Of a stretch of 64,000 nt of DNA, positions 62,684 to 64,000 are shown one piece after another. The DNA is taken from IMG/VR virus record IMGVR_UViG_3300020185_000022. One strand, written 5' to 3'. The first letter of the stretch is position 1, and each line of letters opens with the position of its first letter. This DNA is from a virus. The translations under genes and the position numbers were made by a program. The notes below the pieces were generated by a model, which searched no databases, was not told the origin of the DNA, and worked only from the letters and a program-made list of their open reading frames with translations.

Positions 62684-64000
62684 TTATAATACTTTACACA
62701 TATCTAAAGCTTCTTCCATAGTAGTATACGTGCTTTTAGATAGAGGTGTGAATGAATCTTTTTCTACATTGTTTTCTGAGAAGGCACTAGCTTTTAGCCT
62801 AGGATAATACTCTTTACTTCTGAGTCCATCTCCTAATCTGCTCACTTCTGCATATACTACTGTGCCATCTGTCTTGATTTTGGTCTTTGCAAATATCCTA
62901 AATTTTCCTGTAGGAATCTTAGCTCTATGCATAGCCAATCTTAATTCTTGCTTTTCTGTTCTATTTTTAGCTGCTTTGAGTCTAGGATCTTCTTGCCAGT
63001 ACTTGACGTAAGGGAAACTTCTATGCTGTGAATTAGCTCTACCTGGTCTGATAATTACTTGACCTCCTATAATAGGACTAGAGTATCCTCCCATTTCGCT
63101 TTTTACATCTTTTAGTCTAGGAGCTACGTCGTCATCTTGGAAGTTGTTACGATAAAACTGATCCATATAGTCAGTGACTAGTTCTCCATCTACCTTTCCT
63201 CCTGGTAGAGTGGCTTTGCCTATACCTTCCATTGCTATGTCTGCGTAGAACTCGAAAGGAATATTGTCTAAGTAGCTTAGGTGAGAGGAGTTAAGACCTG
63301 ACTGCAGCATACCAAAGTATACAAGTTCTTTAGCAATAGGTACTCCCATGTATAACAACTCTCTAAAGTCTTCTGTTATAGTATCAGAATCATAGTTGTT
63401 CATTAAGTTATTGAATAACTGGATGTTATCAGTCATTGCTCTAGGCTCGTCGACTATAAATCTCAGATTCTGTAAGAAACTATTAGTTCTAAAGAAGTCC
63501 TTATGCTTGTTAGCTTCTACAAACTTAGCTACTTTCTTGGTGAAGCTCTTTTCTCCTTTACCAAACAGTTTAGTCACATAAGAACTCAGTCTAGAACCTT
63601 CTTCTGTATAAGCGTTAGAATACAGGTAAACTATAAAGTCATTAGTAAATTTGTTGAGCGTATTGCCGATAGTAGTTTTTCCTTTCTTACTTGCAATAAG
63701 TGGAGCAGCTACTAATTCAAGTGCTTCTTGGAATTGAGGAGATTCAGTAATGTAATAGTCTTTGTATAATTCTCTAGTAAGCTCAGCTCCTTCATAAAAG
63801 GACTTCAAAAGAGTATCACTGAATAACTTAGAGTATCCTTCTAGATGGAAATCTTCTTTATCGTTAATTTCCTCTCCTTCGAATTCAAAGGCCTTTCTCA
63901 TAAGCATCTTGGCAACCTTGCTTTCAGGTAAACTCTTAGGTACTGCAGTATCCTGAGTAGTGGACTGAATAACATCAGATAGTTGACTACCAAGTTTCTC
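62684..64000 (-). CDS. C-terminal part of a large protein (5' end beyond the window)
   Basis: The track ORF starts at the Met at 63907, but the frame stays open to 64000 (…EKLGSQLSDVIQSTTQDTAVPKSLPESKVAKMLMRK…). Its stop is 1 nt from the next start. Confidence 0.55.
   Translation of the reverse strand, partial: EKLGSQLSDVIQSTTQDTAVPKSLPESKVAKMLMRKAFEFEGEEINDKEDFHLEGYSKLFSDTLLKSFYEGAELTRELYKDYYITESPQFQEALELVAAPLIASKKGKTTIGNTLNKFTNDFIVYLYSNAYTEEGSRLSSYVTKLFGKGEKSFTKKVAKFVEANKHKDFFRTNSFLQNLRFIVDEPRAMTDNIQLFNNLMNNYDSDTITEDFRELLYMGVPIAKELVYFGMLQSGLNSSHLSYLDNIPFEFYADIAMEGIGKATLPGGKVDGELVTDYMDQFYRNNFQDDDVAPRLKDVKSEMGGYSSPIIGGQVIIRPGRANSQHRSFPYVKYWQEDPRLKAAKNRTEKQELRLAMHRAKIPTGKFRIFAKTKIKTDGTVVYAEVSRLGDGLRSKEYYPRLKASAFSENNVEKDSFTPLSKSTYTTMEEALDMCKVL

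Noticed and set aside
1-64000. tRNA or tmRNA genes, CRISPR arrays, integrase or transposase genes.
   Set aside because: I found no GTTCRAnYC T-loop contexts with acceptor stems in the intergenic regions, no regularly spaced direct repeats, and no recombinase motifs.

Overview
This window is a contiguous piece of an AT-rich tailed dsDNA phage genome. I saw no rRNA, tRNA, CRISPR array, integrase or cellular housekeeping genes. There are three transcription blocks. (1) 1-21,001, minus strand: small unknown genes, then packaging and morphogenesis (small-terminase candidate, large terminase, portal, Gly-rich fibre-like protein, scaffold, major capsid protein, further virion proteins, a tail-fibre-like protein and a LamG-domain protein). 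(2) 21,113-58,171, plus strand: early/accessory genes (many small ORFs, lipoproteins, membrane proteins, an EndoVII-type nuclease), then a replication/recombination module. That module holds an XRE regulator, family-A DNA polymerase, a DnaA-domain-IV-only protein, DUF3310-like protein, SF2 helicase, GroES homologue, DnaB-type helicase, AAA_24-like ATPase, TOPRIM primase, a MoxR-type AAA+ plus vWA pair, RusA-like resolvase, RecB/Cas4-type nuclease, family-1 UDG and a second AAA+ plus vWA pair. (3) 58,168 to beyond 64,000, minus strand: a 1,504-aa protein with an embedded RecB-like nuclease domain, and the C-terminal part of another large protein. TAnnTTTG promoter-like boxes, the lack of Shine-Dalgarno sequences, and lipoprotein signals followed by acidic residues suggest a Bacteroidota (Flavobacteriia-like) host; this is inference. 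The most unusual feature is that about 4 kb of the early region has no convincing ORF in any frame (two ORFs of 66 and 99-101 aa are doubtful). It forms islands at 22,997-24,050, 26,752-27,667, 30,536-31,175, 31,512-32,121 and 45,372-45,688. These islands carry long hairpins rich in G:U pairs that only work on the plus strand. Seven hairpins share a conserved AGCUG/GGCU closing helix with compensatory changes between copies. They look like a family of phage-encoded structured RNAs that I cannot assign to any family I know.
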